This document shows positions 25,803-38,641 of a DNA stretch of 64,000 nucleotides, in pieces (the stretch's first letter is position 1; each line of letters opens with the position of its first letter). This stretch comes from Octopus sinensis (taxonomy: Eukaryota). The stretch is from positions 138,632,001 to 138,696,000 of the forward strand of contig NC_042999.1 in assembly GCF_006345805.1 (NCBI RefSeq), in the 5' to 3' direction. The translations under genes and the position numbers were made by a program. The notes under the pieces are model-generated. The model did not search any database, was not told the DNA's origin, and saw nothing but the letters and a program-made list of their open reading frames with translations.

Positions 25803-27297
25803 TAAAAAATATATACTGCTCTACATCTTAGAGTGTGCTTCTCCGGATTTATGTTTTCTACAAACGATATATATATATGTATGTGTGCGTGTGTGTGTGT
25901 GTGGAGAGAGAGAGGGGGGGAGAAAGCATGTTTCGCTGAAGTGGTCTAAAAATAGCAAAATATATCCGCCGCTTTCACTACATAGATTTAAATACCAAAT
26001 CCACTGCAATCCACATGATCTGGATTGTCTAAAAAAAATATAAACAAGCTCATCTTATTGTTTTTATTTATGTTGCTTGTTGTTTTAGATAATCGCCATA
26101 GAGGAAGTTTTGTCCGTAACAGTTTCGATAATTTCATCGAATTCTTTTCAGTTCATTATGTTGCATATGTGAAGTTATACAGTATTTGCACTAAGTTTGC
26201 AGAAGGCTCCCCTGAGACATCTACACCCCCCACCCCCACCCCCGCTGTCATATATTTACTTTACGACAGACAATCAATTCTCTTTCGCTTCTTGTGTCCG
26301 TGCTAACAAAGGCTCGATATTTTAGTAGCCTTTCAGTGACGTAGCTGTGGTCGGATTTCATTGTGAAATGTTTGAAATTGAAAGTATTAATGGTACGATG
26401 AGATCAGAGTAAAATAAATAACACTATTGAGTTTGAACTTGCTTTACTTGAAGCGATTCACTTTATCTCTCTCTCCATTTCTCTCTTTCTTTCTCCTACG
26501 TTTCCAACGCTCTCCCACTCTTTCTCCCGTTTACTCTTTCTGCTTCCGCCTCCTCCTCCACTCTATTTCTTTTTCTATTTGTCAGCTCTAAGTGTGTCAA
26601 GATCCACAAGTTCAGGGTCAAGCCTCACGATACGACTTTCAATTCATAACTTTTTTGAGTTTATCATATTTTTTTTCTTCCATTTGTTTCCTTACTTTTT
26701 GTTTTTATTTTATTTTAATTTCTACTTCTCTTTTTAATTTTCTGTTTCTTTTTCGTCGTTGTTTATATGGCGGAAGAATAAATTTGCGTTTACTATTATA
26801 ATCGATTCCGCTTAATTACATATAACAAAACAACAACAAAAAAAACTATACAATTCAGTTAATCGCTTAACTGTTCAAAACAACCATATAGCAAGGAAGT
26901 CAATCAGTCTAATTGCACATACAAAAGAAGTCAATTTCAGTTATAGTAGAAGATATTTTCCAATTTTGAAGAAGCAAATTGGAAAAATATAGCCATAAAT
27001 TTAAACAATTATTTAATTTGATATCTATATTCTTTTATGTACTTTATGTGATAAACAAAGTTGTTAATTAATGTTAGAACTATTTAGCTTTTACTTAAAG
27101 AAAGCAATTATTAAGGTCTAGAATGCCTTGAAAATCTTATTAATACCAGTGTGTGTATGTGTGTGTGTGTGTGTGTGTGCGTGCATGTGTGTGTGTGTAC
27201 ACTGTTCAAACGCACAAGAAGAAAATACAAGACAGAGACAAGTGAGGGAACTACACATATGGTGTGTTAGTTTGATGTTCAGGTAAAATGGAGAAGT

Positions 27298-27333
27298 CTT
27301 TGACGTTTCGAGCCTATGCTCTTCCATAGAAAG
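27298..27333 (-). other. Decayed hammerhead ribozyme motif, paralog of 23243-23277
   Basis: CTTT-CTATGGA-A-GAGC-ATAG-GCTC-GAAA-CGTC/AAAG. Helices I (CTTT:AAAG), II and III and the GUC triplet are intact, but the CUGANGA box is mutated. Confidence 0.55.
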
Positions 27334-27662
27334 GGATGAGGAAGAAAATGGAAAGAAAGAAAATGCAATTTCTGCTGAGGTCGACTGTACCTTTCATTCT
27401 TTTGGGGGGAGGGTTAAAACTTTGGGTTAATACGTGAGAGTGACCACTGATTTCGCGGAGATCAACAGGTAAGGCCTTTTGTATTTCTTTCTCCCGTTTG
27501 CTTCTTTTTTTCTGTTGACCTTTTCCTCTATCACACTACACCACTAAAACAAGTATTTTCTTCCACCTTTTCTGTTGAGATTCAACTTCCATTCAGGGCT
27601 GATGCCTGGGTATTCAACATCCTAAACCAGTCTCCTACAGTGTATACTAACTTCTCCCAATC

Positions 27663-27892
27663 CTATAATGTAAATCCATTTCTCCCAGGACTATAAAATA
27701 TGAATTCTCCCATTCCTTCAATATGTTCCCCTTCTCCCAACTCTGCAATGTGTGTCATTTCTCCCAACTTTACAACATGATTCTTTTGTCCCAGATTTTC
27801 AATATTCGCTCTTTTACCCAACCCTACAATGTGTTCCACCTTCTTCGATTTTTTCCTGCAGCTTTCTCCAGCCCTTAATCTTTCTACTCCAG
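27663..27892 (-). CDS. Candidate phase-1 terminal coding exon with five 9-aa xxHIxxLGE repeats
   Basis: Acceptor ttcaactgcatttttcAG| (AG at 27894-27893). 230 nt open to TAG at 27665-27663. Unit variation at conserved positions is synonymous or conservative. No partner exon proven. Confidence 0.35.
27705..27839. repeat. 27-bp degenerate tandem repeat, 5 indel-free units
   Basis: Units start at 27705, 27732, 27759, 27786 and 27813 (consensus about ttctcccaacYYtRcaatRtgttcYY). One or two more units with indels lie at ~27650-27704. Confidence 0.85.
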
Positions 27893-29223
27893 CTGAAAAA
27901 TGCAGTTGAAAACTTATAGTTTTGATAATGCATAAATCTGTTATCTGGTAAATTTTGAAATGTTGCATGTCAAATAATGTGACATGTCATTACAGCACAT
28001 AACTCTCTTATCTCCTTCCCTCTATTCTTTTCTGAGAGTCCTTTCATTTGCTTTCTTTTTATTAATTTTTGTTGAATGGAAAATTGAAAAAAATTTTTTC
28101 TTTGTATCTTGTTTTTAAATTTGTTTCCCACCGACCTTATTTTTTCTTTCAAAGAATTCTGGTCCCCATTGTTATAAGTGGACAGGCTGGTTCTGCTTTG
28201 AGTGGGTACTTCCTGGTTATTTCATATTAGCTGTTATTGGCCATGGGTGACTTTACTTGTCTTTGTCAGTTGTGGCTGGCGGATGTGGTCTTTGATTCTT
28301 GTGGGCTCCTGATAATGAGGATGGGGCAGTTTTATTTGCCAATTCATGAGTTGTCTGTCACCTTAAGACCAACAACCTTAGTATTTGTTGTTTTGATAGA
28401 AACTTTGAGCAGAAAACTTTTAAATAAATGGCTTTTGTTTCTGAATGTGTAACAACTGGGTTGTCTACCTTAGATGGTGAGTTTTAAGGTCTTCTTCTGA
28501 GCAGCCTGTTCAGGATACAGTTCTGGAATTGTTTTGTAGTTTTGTGGGGTGAAGGTGACTTATATGTTTGTAATGATCTCACCTGACCACATATCACCAA
28601 TTGTTACAGCTGCACTGACCACTTACCCATATTTTACCATAAAGATGACATCTAGCCAGAGGTTGGTATCGTCATCATTATCCCTAATGATGACTCTTGT
28701 GTTTCTTCTTCCCAAATACAGCAGAACCAGCTCATGGGCAAATGTGTTGCATTGTATTTGGGACTTTTGCCCTATCCTCCAATTTTAGATATAACATATA
28801 TAATGTCATATGCCCTTCCTCTCACAATGAAGGTGATTTCACTTAAAATATCTGCTAGGGCTATCTACAACTCTTACTTGGATGGAACAAAAGCCTGTTG
28901 TGTTCTTGGCAAAGCAGAAGTACATTACTTTTCACCTTTTGTGGGCTTCTATGACTGATAGACAAAAATGATGCCAAGCTTCTGATCTTTCAGCAAAATG
29001 TTCATATTAAAGGTTTTTTTGTTTAGAAGTATGTTTACAATGGACAACTTATCAGTATTCATGTTTACACCTAAAACAGTACATACATGTATCCTGTTGT
29101 AGTTGTCGCTGTAAAAGATTTGATTTATTATGCTGTATTGTTTTTCTTATAGTGTTATATTTTCAAAAAATTTTCAGCAACTGTTTGCATGCTCATTAAA
29201 AAAACTTTTGACAGTTTCGTTTC

Positions 29224-29255
<32 letters not shown>

Positions 29256-29519
29256 TTTTTGTTCTGTTCCTGCAATCTTTCTAAGGTACAAATCTGAGGA
29301 AAGAAACTATTTTTTACCTTTGCATGAAATAGCAGAAAAAAAAAAAAACGACCTTGTTGTCTAACTCCAGTGAGAGTTGACCCTCCAAAATATACAATAA
29401 GGGTCCCTGTGTGAAATGAAAACCAAAATGAAAATGACTACCTTTAGTTACACATGAAAAACATTGAGCAAAGATGGGGTCAGATTTTTTCACATCTGAC
29501 GATCTTCACAACAAATGAT

Positions 29520-29730
29520 CCTTTCTACGGAAGGCACAAGGCCTGGAATTTTGGGGGAGGAGGTAAGTCGATTATATCGACTCCAGTGCTTGACTGGTAC
29601 CTATTTTAAACCATAAAAGGCTGAAAGGCAAAGTCAACCTCAGTGAAATTTGAACTCAAAACAAAGACAGACAAAATGCCACTAAGCATTTTGTCCAACA
29701 TGCTAATGATTCAGCCAGCTCACACTTTCT
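29520..29730 (-). mobile_element. SINE family A, decayed
   Basis: aaaggcaaagtcaacctcagtgaaatttgaactc...ctaagcattttgtccaacatgctaatgattcagccagctc matches family A. Confidence 0.75.
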
Positions 29731-31139
29731 TCACAACAATAAATAGTAATAATAATAATAAATAATTCTTTCAAATTATGATATAAGACCAGAAATTTTT
29801 AGTGGGATGAGAGGGGTATATTTACGCCCCCCCCTCCTCAATCCCCAACTGGTACTTATTTTATTGATTCTAAAAGGATGAAAAGCAGAATTTGAACTCA
29901 GGATGTAAAAAGTTGGGAGAAATGATTATGCCAGCTTGCCACCATAAAAATATTATAGTACCCCATAAAACTTGTGAACTCTAGTGATGTTGTTATAGTG
30001 ATTTGTTCCTACCCTGTAATACCTATGTGCAGTTAAGTGGCTCCACTTGTACACTTGAGATTTAAGTGTTTTGTTACAGACAACACTTTGCCAGTAGAGG
30101 AAGATATATACTACTGACATTTTGTCAGCCACTGTCAGCTCTGCCATTTATGGTTTACAAATATTTTACTTTCACCCAAAAAGTATATAATCCTCTCTTT
30201 AGTCAATGCAAAGGCATCTACATTGTCACTCTACTTGTTAGAAATAGCAGCCAAGTCTTTTTCAAATTAACCATCTTTAAGAAGGAAAAGCAGAAGAGGA
30301 GTGTCATAGAATGTTTGTGATCGTAAGTTTGCATGATCAGGACTGAGATGGGATGACACCACGACATCTGATTCTTTTGTACAGAACAAACATTTAAAAG
30401 ACAATTCATATTATTATGAAGGGTATCCAGTGCTGGTGGCATGGAAAAGCACCTCTGCTAGTGACATGTAAAAGACACCCTGTACACTCTGTAAAGTGGT
30501 TGACATTTCTATGGAAGGGCATCCAGCTATAGAAAACAAACCAAAACAGCTGACTGGAGCCTGGTACAGCTCTCCAGTTAACCAGTTCCAGTTAAACCAT
30601 CTAACCCATGTCAGCATGAGAAACAGATGCTAAATGATGATGATGACTTTTAAATAATTAACTAATAAGAGTTGTATTAGGAAATTTATCTAACAACCTA
30701 AACATTCACATATCTATTACATTAGTAATGGTCCAACCCATGCTAACATGGAACATAGATATTAAACGATGATGATGAAGTAATTATGTAACTATTAAAT
30801 AATTATTACTTTGTTTTTGTATTTGTCCTGCATGATTCTTGATGTGAATTTGTGTTGAAAGAAATCTTGTCATGTGTTGGGAGAGCCATTATGCCAATAA
30901 TAATAAACATATGCACAGATAAATATATATTGGGTCCAACCCATGCCAGCATGGAAAACGGTTGTTAAAAGATGATGATGATGATAATATATATAGAAGG
31001 TGCAGGTGTGTTCAATCCCACTGCATGGCACCTTGGGCAAGTGTCTTCTATTCTTCTATAGCCTTGGCCAAAGCCTTGTGAGTGGATTTAGTAGACAAAA
31101 ACTGAAAGAAGCCCATTGTGGTGTGCAAGACAGATGAAT

Positions 31140-31765
31140 GAACTGGCATGGTCATGTGATGCATGTAGATGAGAAAAACTGTGTAAAGAAGTGCCGATCT
31201 CTAACTGTGAAGGGAACTGTAGAAGAGGTAGACCCAAGAAGACATGAGACAAGGTCATGAAGCATGATCTTTAAATGTTGGCCCTCACGGAGGCGATGAT
31301 TAGTGGCTGAGACCTTTGGCAATATGCTGTGCATGAGAAGACTTGTCAAGCCAAGTGAAATCACAGTTGTGGCCATTGCCAGTGTCATGTGAATGGCACC
31401 CATGAAAACGTAAATTGTGGCCATTGCCAGTTGCATGATCTTCAGATGTCGGCCCTCACAGAAGCAATGACAAATGACCAAGACCTTTGGCAATATGCTG
31501 TGCTTGAGAAAACTCATCAAGTGAAATCATGGCCATGGCCATTGTCGGTGTCATGTAAATGGTACTCATGTCAGTGGCACATAAAAAACATCCATTACAC
31601 TCTCAGAGTGATTGGCATTAGGAAGGGCATCCAAGCCATAGAAACCATGCCAAATCAGACTGGAACCTGGTGCAGCCCTCTGACTTACCAGTTCCAGGCA
31701 AACTGTCTAACCCATGCCAGCATAGAAAGTGGACTTCATTTGATGATGATGATGATGATGATGAT
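31140..31765 (+). mobile_element. 5'-truncated RTE LINE 3' end with internal tandem duplication and (GAT)n tail
   Basis: Encodes remnants NWHGHVMHVDEKNCVKKCRSLTV.GT.RRGRPKKT, then HDLQM.ALTEAMT.D.DLWQYAV.EKT twice (~31260 and ~31433), then 3'UTR and gatgatgat. Confidence 0.8.
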
Positions 31766-32159
31766 ATATGTGTGTTTGTGTCTCCTTGATAAGTGTCACT
31801 GTCATACAAATAGTATCATTCATTTTCAATATTCTGTGAAAACATATCTGGCCATGAGCATAGAAACAAGTGAGAGTTGGCAACTAGAAGGGCATCTGGC
31901 TATAGAAAATCTTCCTTAATAAACTCAATTTGCCCCACGTGAGTATGGAAAAGTGGATGTTGAAAGGATGATGATGATGATGATGATGAAAATAGTACTA
32001 GGCTGATATAAATCCTGGGATTGATAAGATAAACTAAATCATTTAAAAGCACTGTCCTATCATGGCTGAAGTTCAATGACTGAAGCTAATAAAAGAACAC
32101 AAATAAAAAGACTAAGTTTTCTTCTTGTAGCAGATCCTGTTGTAGCAGTTTCTGTTATC

Positions 32160-32485
32160 TAGGTGACCAAATTAGCAGTGGTGAAGGATGTTCTGAAAGT
32201 ATTGTTACTTGAATAAGAATAAGATGGAGGAAGCTCAAAGAGCTTATTACCTCTGTTGGTAACAAAAGAACGCTCTCTCAGCAGATTGTATGATGCTTGT
32301 GTATGATAGCAAGATATGGGCTCTGAATGAAGAAGACATGCATAAAATAGTATGCTCTGATGGAGATGCAGCCTCAGAGTGCATGTATGAGAAATTGTAA
32401 ATATGCTAAGAGAAAAGTTAGACATAAGAGGAATCACATGCAGATGTTAAGTGATGGAAGACAGATGTTAAACGATGATGATGAA
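32160..32485 (+). mobile_element. RTE LINE RT C-terminal fragment joined to (GAT)n tail
   Basis: Remnants WRKLKELI...LYDACV...KIWALNEEDM...MLREKLDIRGITC, followed by gttaaacgatgatgatg. Confidence 0.65.
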
Positions 32486-33019
32486 TAGTTAATAGTAAAA
32501 AATTTTATATCATTGTTGCAGAACTTTTACCAACTGATGTTGTTTAGCATCAGGTTAATTTTAATTGAAATAGCCTATGATTAAAATCATTCCAGCCATG
32601 ATCATTTCATCCGTGGAGCTGCCTAGAATTATATCGTTGAATGTAGACTTTACTTAAGATGTTGGGGTTTGAGGTGAGGAAAATGTGACTGCCTTTTGTA
32701 GTAGGTTGACATTTATGTAGAAACTCCTTTTTATTAGATGCTTTACATGCTCTTTGATATAATTTTGCTATTTGGCATCAAATTCCAACTGCTGTTCTGT
32801 TGTTAATGCTACTCAAGAAAACAGATGTTAAAAGGGGAATGTCCTACAAAGTGTACTCTTCCTAGAGATGCTATATGATACCAAGCTACATTTGGAACCA
32901 GTATTAAGAGATGAAGACAGTTATCATTTGTATATAACCAAAACATGTGTGCTTGTTTGTGCATGCACATGTGCACATATTTATTTTACAAATAAAATTT
33001 TATCAATTACTATTATATT

Positions 33020-33219
33020 CTTTTCTACTCTGGGCACAAAGTCTGAAATTTTGGGGGAGGGGGCCAATCGATTAGATCAACCCTAGTATGCAACTGGTAC
33101 TTAATTTATCGACCCCAAAAGGATGAAAGGCAAAGTCGACCTTGGCGGAATTTGAACTCAAACTGTGTAGACAGATGAAATACCCGGCATGCTAATGTTT
33201 CTGCCAGCTTGCCGCCTTA
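33020..33219 (-). mobile_element. SINE family A, full length with 16-bp TSD
   Basis: CAATTACTATTATATT (33004-33019) versus CAATTGCTATTATATT (33220-33235) flanking a family A body. Confidence 0.85.
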
Positions 33220-34149
33220 CAATTGCTATTATATTACAAAGTCAGTTTGGCTGATTCATAAGTGTGCTCAACTGATATCTCCACATTGTGAGTTCAAATT
33301 TCAGTAAGGTCAGCTTTACCTTCTATTATGTGGCCTTGTACCAGTGTTAGAAATCTTAAATCTTCTTTTTTTTATCTTTTACTTGTTACTGTCACTGGAC
33401 TGCATCCATGCTGTGGCATTGTCTTGAAGGTTTAATTGACCAAATTGACTCCAGAACTTTTTTTTAAGCCTGGTACAAACACTTTGGTTGGCCCAGGGAT
33501 ACAGTAGAGGACACCTGAACCCAAGATGACATGGTTGGGAAATAAGCTTCCTAGTCAAAAAGCCATACCTGCACCTATACACAACCATGTCTGCACCTAT
33601 ATCAGCCACACCTGGAGAGACAATTACTTTGACCTACTTATCTTATCTTAGTTCCTTGATATTCATGGATGGCAGAAATGTTTAAAATGTTTTAGTTCAA
33701 CCAAGGATGGAGTATTGTGAAATGGATTTTGAATTTATGAATATATATAAATATCTATCTATCTATCTATCTACACACACACACACAAAATACTTTCTAT
33801 TGGCAAAGTAAAAGGAAGGTCATTGGTTTTTAAAAAGGTAGAGGATATGAACAGTCAACTGAATAAACTTTCACTTTTATTTCTTTAACACAGGATATTT
33901 GGGCTAAATTTGATTTTTTTATGTCTCCTTTTCCAAGAATAGCTTGATGTATTGGTGAACATTTGGCAATGTTGGCGAACATAAAGATTAAAGATGTAGT
34001 TAAGAAAAAGTTAGCTGACATGAAGGACTTGAATATTAGAAAAGAGTTACCTTCACCATAATGATTTACACTCGGTATCAAAATGCCAACATTATGACTG
34101 TTGCTCAATACTCTGTGAACACTGCAAAGACTGTATGATATGACACGGA

Positions 34150-34612
34150 CATCATGAAAAGCAAGTTCCCCCAAACTGTGATGGTCTTTGCATGTGTCTC
34201 CAGTGTGAGTGACATCATACCATCCCACACTTTTCAATAGGGCCTTAGGGTCAGTTCAGACAGTTCTATGAAGCTGCTAGAGATTCTGGCTAGAGAAGGT
34301 TGCTGCTGGAAGGCCATATATATGGCAGCAGATTTTGGCTCTTTGCCATATGTTCAGAAAGGGTCAGAAGTGATTGTCAAAGAACTTCCATAACTTTGCC
34401 AGCCCCAATTTCTAGCCTCCAAGTTTCCCTAATTGTAATCTCATAGATAACTATGTGTTGGGGTTGCAGTTGAGAAAGACACTAACTACTCTGTCTACAA
34501 TACTACAATACTAAGGCCAATGAGGTATTGAAGATCTTCTCAGGGATACAGTGAGGAGCACATGCACCAGGTTCTGGAGCTGTCTTGAGGCTGTGGTGGC
34601 TATTTTGAATAA
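34150..34612 (+). pseudogene. Tc1/mariner-superfamily (maT/DD37D-like) transposase remnant
   Basis: KFPQTVMVFACVSS, WLEKVAAGRPYIWQQ, PNF*PPS.P.CN.IDNYV (WPPSSPDxNPxDY motif), VEKDTN and CTRFWSCLEAVV, broken by stops and frameshifts. Confidence 0.75.
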
Positions 34613-34915
34613 ACTGCTATCTCCCAGTCATAATTTAGGTGATATATTTTGATCTTTTAAAATACTATTATTTCTGGATGAGATATTGTACTTTTTTCAC
34701 AAGTCAACTTTTGAAACTCTTTCCATCTAAATTTTTCACCTCAAACTTCTGATTTGTAATTACCCAAACTTACTATAAACTTCACTAACCTCACCCAACT
34801 ACTCACACTTCATCTATGAACATCTCAACAATAATATAAGTGTGTTTCTTCACTCTTAGACTACAGAATAAGTGAAGAATTCCATATGGAGTTAAAATAT
34901 TTAACGTAGAAAGGC

Positions 34916-35462
34916 TACATGAGGGTAAGCTGAAAAGTTCATAGGCTGACTATGAATGAGTGATGCTAGAGTTGTGAAATCTTGCATGGATTAATTTCAC
35001 TTATTAAATAACTGCATTGTTTCTTTCCAGGTAAACTGACATCTGACTGTTTAGAGAAGACTTCAAAAGTGACTAGTAGCAACTTCTCTTGAAAATACAT
35101 AAAATTTGGCATCACGATGTTATCAAGTACTTACAGAGTTTAGCCCAAAAGGGCATTCATGTTGACATGGTTGCTACATTAGGGGATGATGCTCCAGTTT
35201 TATCAACAGTGCCAAAGCAGGCAGCTGAATTTAGGAGGGGAAAGGAGAGTCTTAAAGATGACCCAAAGTCTGGACATTCTGTAACTGCCACCTGGACGAC
35301 ATGATGAAAGTTTCTGCTTGGTGGGTCCCACATCTGACACCTGATCAAAAGCACACCAGGTAGATCACCTAACTAGAAAATCTAACATTGTTCGAGGTGG
35401 ATCCAGATGGTTCCCATGAACATTTCCTAATCCAGAATGAGTGTTGGGTTCATCACTATAAA
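34916..35462 (+). pseudogene. mariner transposase remnant with 5' TIR
   Basis: TIR-like ta-catgagggtaagctgaaaagttc. HTH region IHVDMVATLGDDAP..STV.K.AAEFRRGKESLKDDPKSG. WVPH..PDQK at 35322-35351 and NE.WVHHY (first catalytic D region) at 35436-35459. Internally deleted. Confidence 0.85.
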
Positions 35463-36706
35463 CATTATAGTTGCAGTAAAGTACAGACCCCTCTCAGTAT
35501 AAATAATAGTTAGGCAGTAACTTAGAGGTAAAACATCATCATTTTAATGTCTTCTTTTCCATGATTGCATGGGTTAGACAAAATTAGTTCGAGACTATTT
35601 TCTATAGCCAAATGTTCTTGCCAGCCCTCACCTGCTTTCAAGCAAGGTAATATTTTTCCTTAATCTAGATAGATTTACAAGGAAAATTGGAAACATGACA
35701 CTGCTTGTATGATAGTGTTGTTGGTTTCACAGTTGCTGTGAGATATTAAGACAAGCTTCCACACACAATAGGTATTTTATTTTTCAGTTTCTACATCCCA
35801 GATTCACTAACAAGGATCAGTCTGAGGCTCTAGAAAACACTTACCCAAAGTTTGCATTGTGGGATGAAACCCAGAATTAGTAGTTGCAAAGCAAACTTTT
35901 GTGTCACATTACCATCTACTTGAACAAGCTTTTGCTTTCAAGCATCTTTCAGAAACCATTTTACTAATGTCTGCATTAAAAATAAATAGTAAACAGCAAA
36001 ATATGATAAATAGAAAACCCTTGATGAACAAAGAGAAGATATTTTGAAATAATCTAATAATAATATATCTACAAACCAAACAGGTCAATAAATAAATAAA
36101 TAATGAATTTGTTTAAATATAACTGCTAGTTAAATGATATTGAACAACTCGTTTCTATAAGACAAAAAATCAAGAAGTATATTATTAATGATTAATTCAT
36201 GATTGTCAAGCCATCCATACAGACTGCAGATAAGTAATAAATAATGGACAACAATAGGCAATAGCTTGTCCTCTGGGAAAAATAATTTATAATAAAACAC
36301 CCAATGAGAATTTGGGGAAAACCTATGACTAAAACAAAAGTTCGTTTGTAATAGTATCACCAGGACAGGAAGTTTTCCAAAACAGGATTAAAATAGATAA
36401 CATAAGTTTACATTGAAATTAATCATTTCAAGCCACAATGACTAGAGAAACAAAATTTTTCCTAACCTTCAGTAAATAGCGATTAGCTTAAATTTGAACA
36501 AAAAGCTGGGCCAATGAGGAAGTATCTATATGGTTGCATGAATTGCTAGAAATAGTAACTAAAGGTTTCTCAAATTACACCTTACTCTTTCAAATATATG
36601 AAAGACACATTGGATAGTATGTCAAATATGTGAGCTACCCAGGAGCATTTTTTCCTGGCTCTCTCCTCTTCCCTGGACTTTTCTTTGTGTATTGGACAAA
36701 GGCTTA

Positions 36707-36933
36707 CAGTAATCCCTTCGACTATCGTGGGGGTTATGTTCCACCCCACCCTCGTGATAGGTGAAAATCCACAAAGTAGAAACGGGACTGTATTGTATAA
36801 TTTTTCAAAACAATTTTTATAATTGGTATATATTTATTTTATTATAAATGCAAAACAACACCACAGAGGAAATTGACATAAGCTTAAATAATAAGCCAAG
36901 ATAAGTGAACCACAATATGGCGAGGGATTAATG
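36707..36933. mobile_element. pogo/Tigger-type MITE
   Basis: TA-CAGTAATCCCTTCG at the left end and CGAGGGATTAATG at the right end, forming imperfect TIRs of the CAGTAxxCCTCG type. Confidence 0.7.
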
Positions 36934-37138
36934 TGTCTGAAACTTTTTACAAAGTAAAAATCTCAGAGTAAAAGTCTAACTTCTACTTTATGTTATTTTC
37001 CCCCCTTTTTTAAGCATTAACCTTATATTACTGTGAACATATTTTTATTGCTCTCTCTCTCATACACACACACATAAATATATGTGTGTGTGTGTGTGTG
37101 TGTGATGTAGTTTTGGTGAAGTATTGTGAAGTAAAACT

Positions 37139-37318
37139 TTAAAGAATATAGTTGTGTAAAGCCAGAACAATGCAATAAGGTACAAGGTAAACTACAAAAG
37201 GGAAAGGAAACAAAGTTGCTGTCTTTAAAAACTGCAACTTTGTTGATTTCTTTCCCTTTTGTAGTTTACCTTGTACCTTATCACATTGTTCTGGCTTTAC
37301 ACAACTATATTCTTTTAA
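37139..37318. repeat. Near-perfect fold-back palindrome, ~80-bp arms, 14-nt loop, TTAA-flanked
   Basis: 37141-37219 is the reverse complement of 37234-37316 except for two substitutions and one small indel. Loop is tgtctttaaaaact. Confidence 0.92.
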
Positions 37319-37384
37319 ACACACATATACATATACACATACATACATATACACACACACATATACACATACATACATACATAC

Positions 37385-37690
37385 AACACTCAGGAGTGGC
37401 TGTGTGGTAAGTATCTTGCTTACCAACCACATGGTTCTGGGTTCAGTCCCACTGCATGGCACCTTGGGCAAGTGTTTTCTACTATAGCCTCGGGCCAACC
37501 AAAGCCTTGTGAGTGGATTTGGTAGATGGAAACTGAAAGAAGCCCATCGTATATATATGTATGTGTGTGTGGTGGGGGAGAGTCTTGTCTGAACATTGCA
37601 TGATAGCTGTGACAGACCATCACCAACATATAAGCTGTATCCATTTCCAATCTTCCATGAAAACATCTCAGACCATAAAGAAATATTACA
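37385..37690 (+). mobile_element. tRNA-headed CORE-like SINE (family C)
   Basis: caggagtggctgtgtggtaagtatcttgcttaccaaccacatggttctgggttcagtcccactgcatggcaccttgggcaagtg. Other copies at about 10260-10420(-), 13080-13250, 13740-13900(-), 30990-31120, 35770-35900(-) and 51380-51520. Confidence 0.8.
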
Positions 37691-38601
37691 TCACCTGGTA
37701 ACAGAAGGTTGCCTCAATGTATGCAAGCATAGAAAAATTGACATTAAAATGTTGAAACAAACAACCTGAAGTGAGGGACATGCACAACTAATATAGTAAC
37801 ACACACCCATAAAATTAATGTACCCCAATTTTTTTTTGCCTCACTATATTTCTGCAATCATGGTGAGCTGATTTATCTTTTTGCATATGAACAATTGCAT
37901 ACTCTTCAATGTAATTAGTTTTCAGGATTAACGCTGAACTGTAAATAAGCTTTAACTAGCAGTGAACAGAAATTTTCTTGCTAATCAGTGTTACAATAAT
38001 TACTTTGTAAGCAACCATTATACAAGGTTAGTAGATTTCAAAATGAGTTGAGGATCAGGATTGCCAGGATTTATATATTACAAACTTTTTCTTTAGAAAC
38101 ATTATGATGTACACCACTGTTTCTACTCAATTCGCCACAACATACTCTTTTTAATTGGAAATCGTTAAAAAGGTACAAGCAACCAGCAGTAAAACAGGCC
38201 TTAAGCAACAATTTATGCTGATTGTGGTAAACTGGGGAGGCCAAATGTATTGTTAGACAATAACCATACAAAAAAAAATGTCTTGAAGTGGATACAGTTT
38301 CAAGAAATATTTTGAACAATTTTTAACCATATAAAGCAAGCTTCTGCAGAATGTGAAAAGCTAAAAAGGAATTTAAATTAAGATCTGACAAGGAGAAATA
38401 CATAAAAGTCACTCTGAAATCATTACTATCTGATGATTACAGATCAACATTTTGATTTCCTTCTATAACCCACTGAGTAGCAAGCACATGAAAACTGGTC
38501 TACATTTACTATAAGTCTAGCATTAAGTCATTGTAGTAAAGCCTTTGGCTTACCACACAAAACTGAAAGGATAAGTTGAATTTGGCACTATTTGATAAAA
38601 A

Positions 38602-38641
<40 letters not shown>

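Noticed and set aside
27440-27475. Strong plus-strand donor CAACAG|GTAAGG at 27468 as an alternative first exon
   Set aside because: No downstream plus-strand coding exons could be assembled in 27.5-42 kb.
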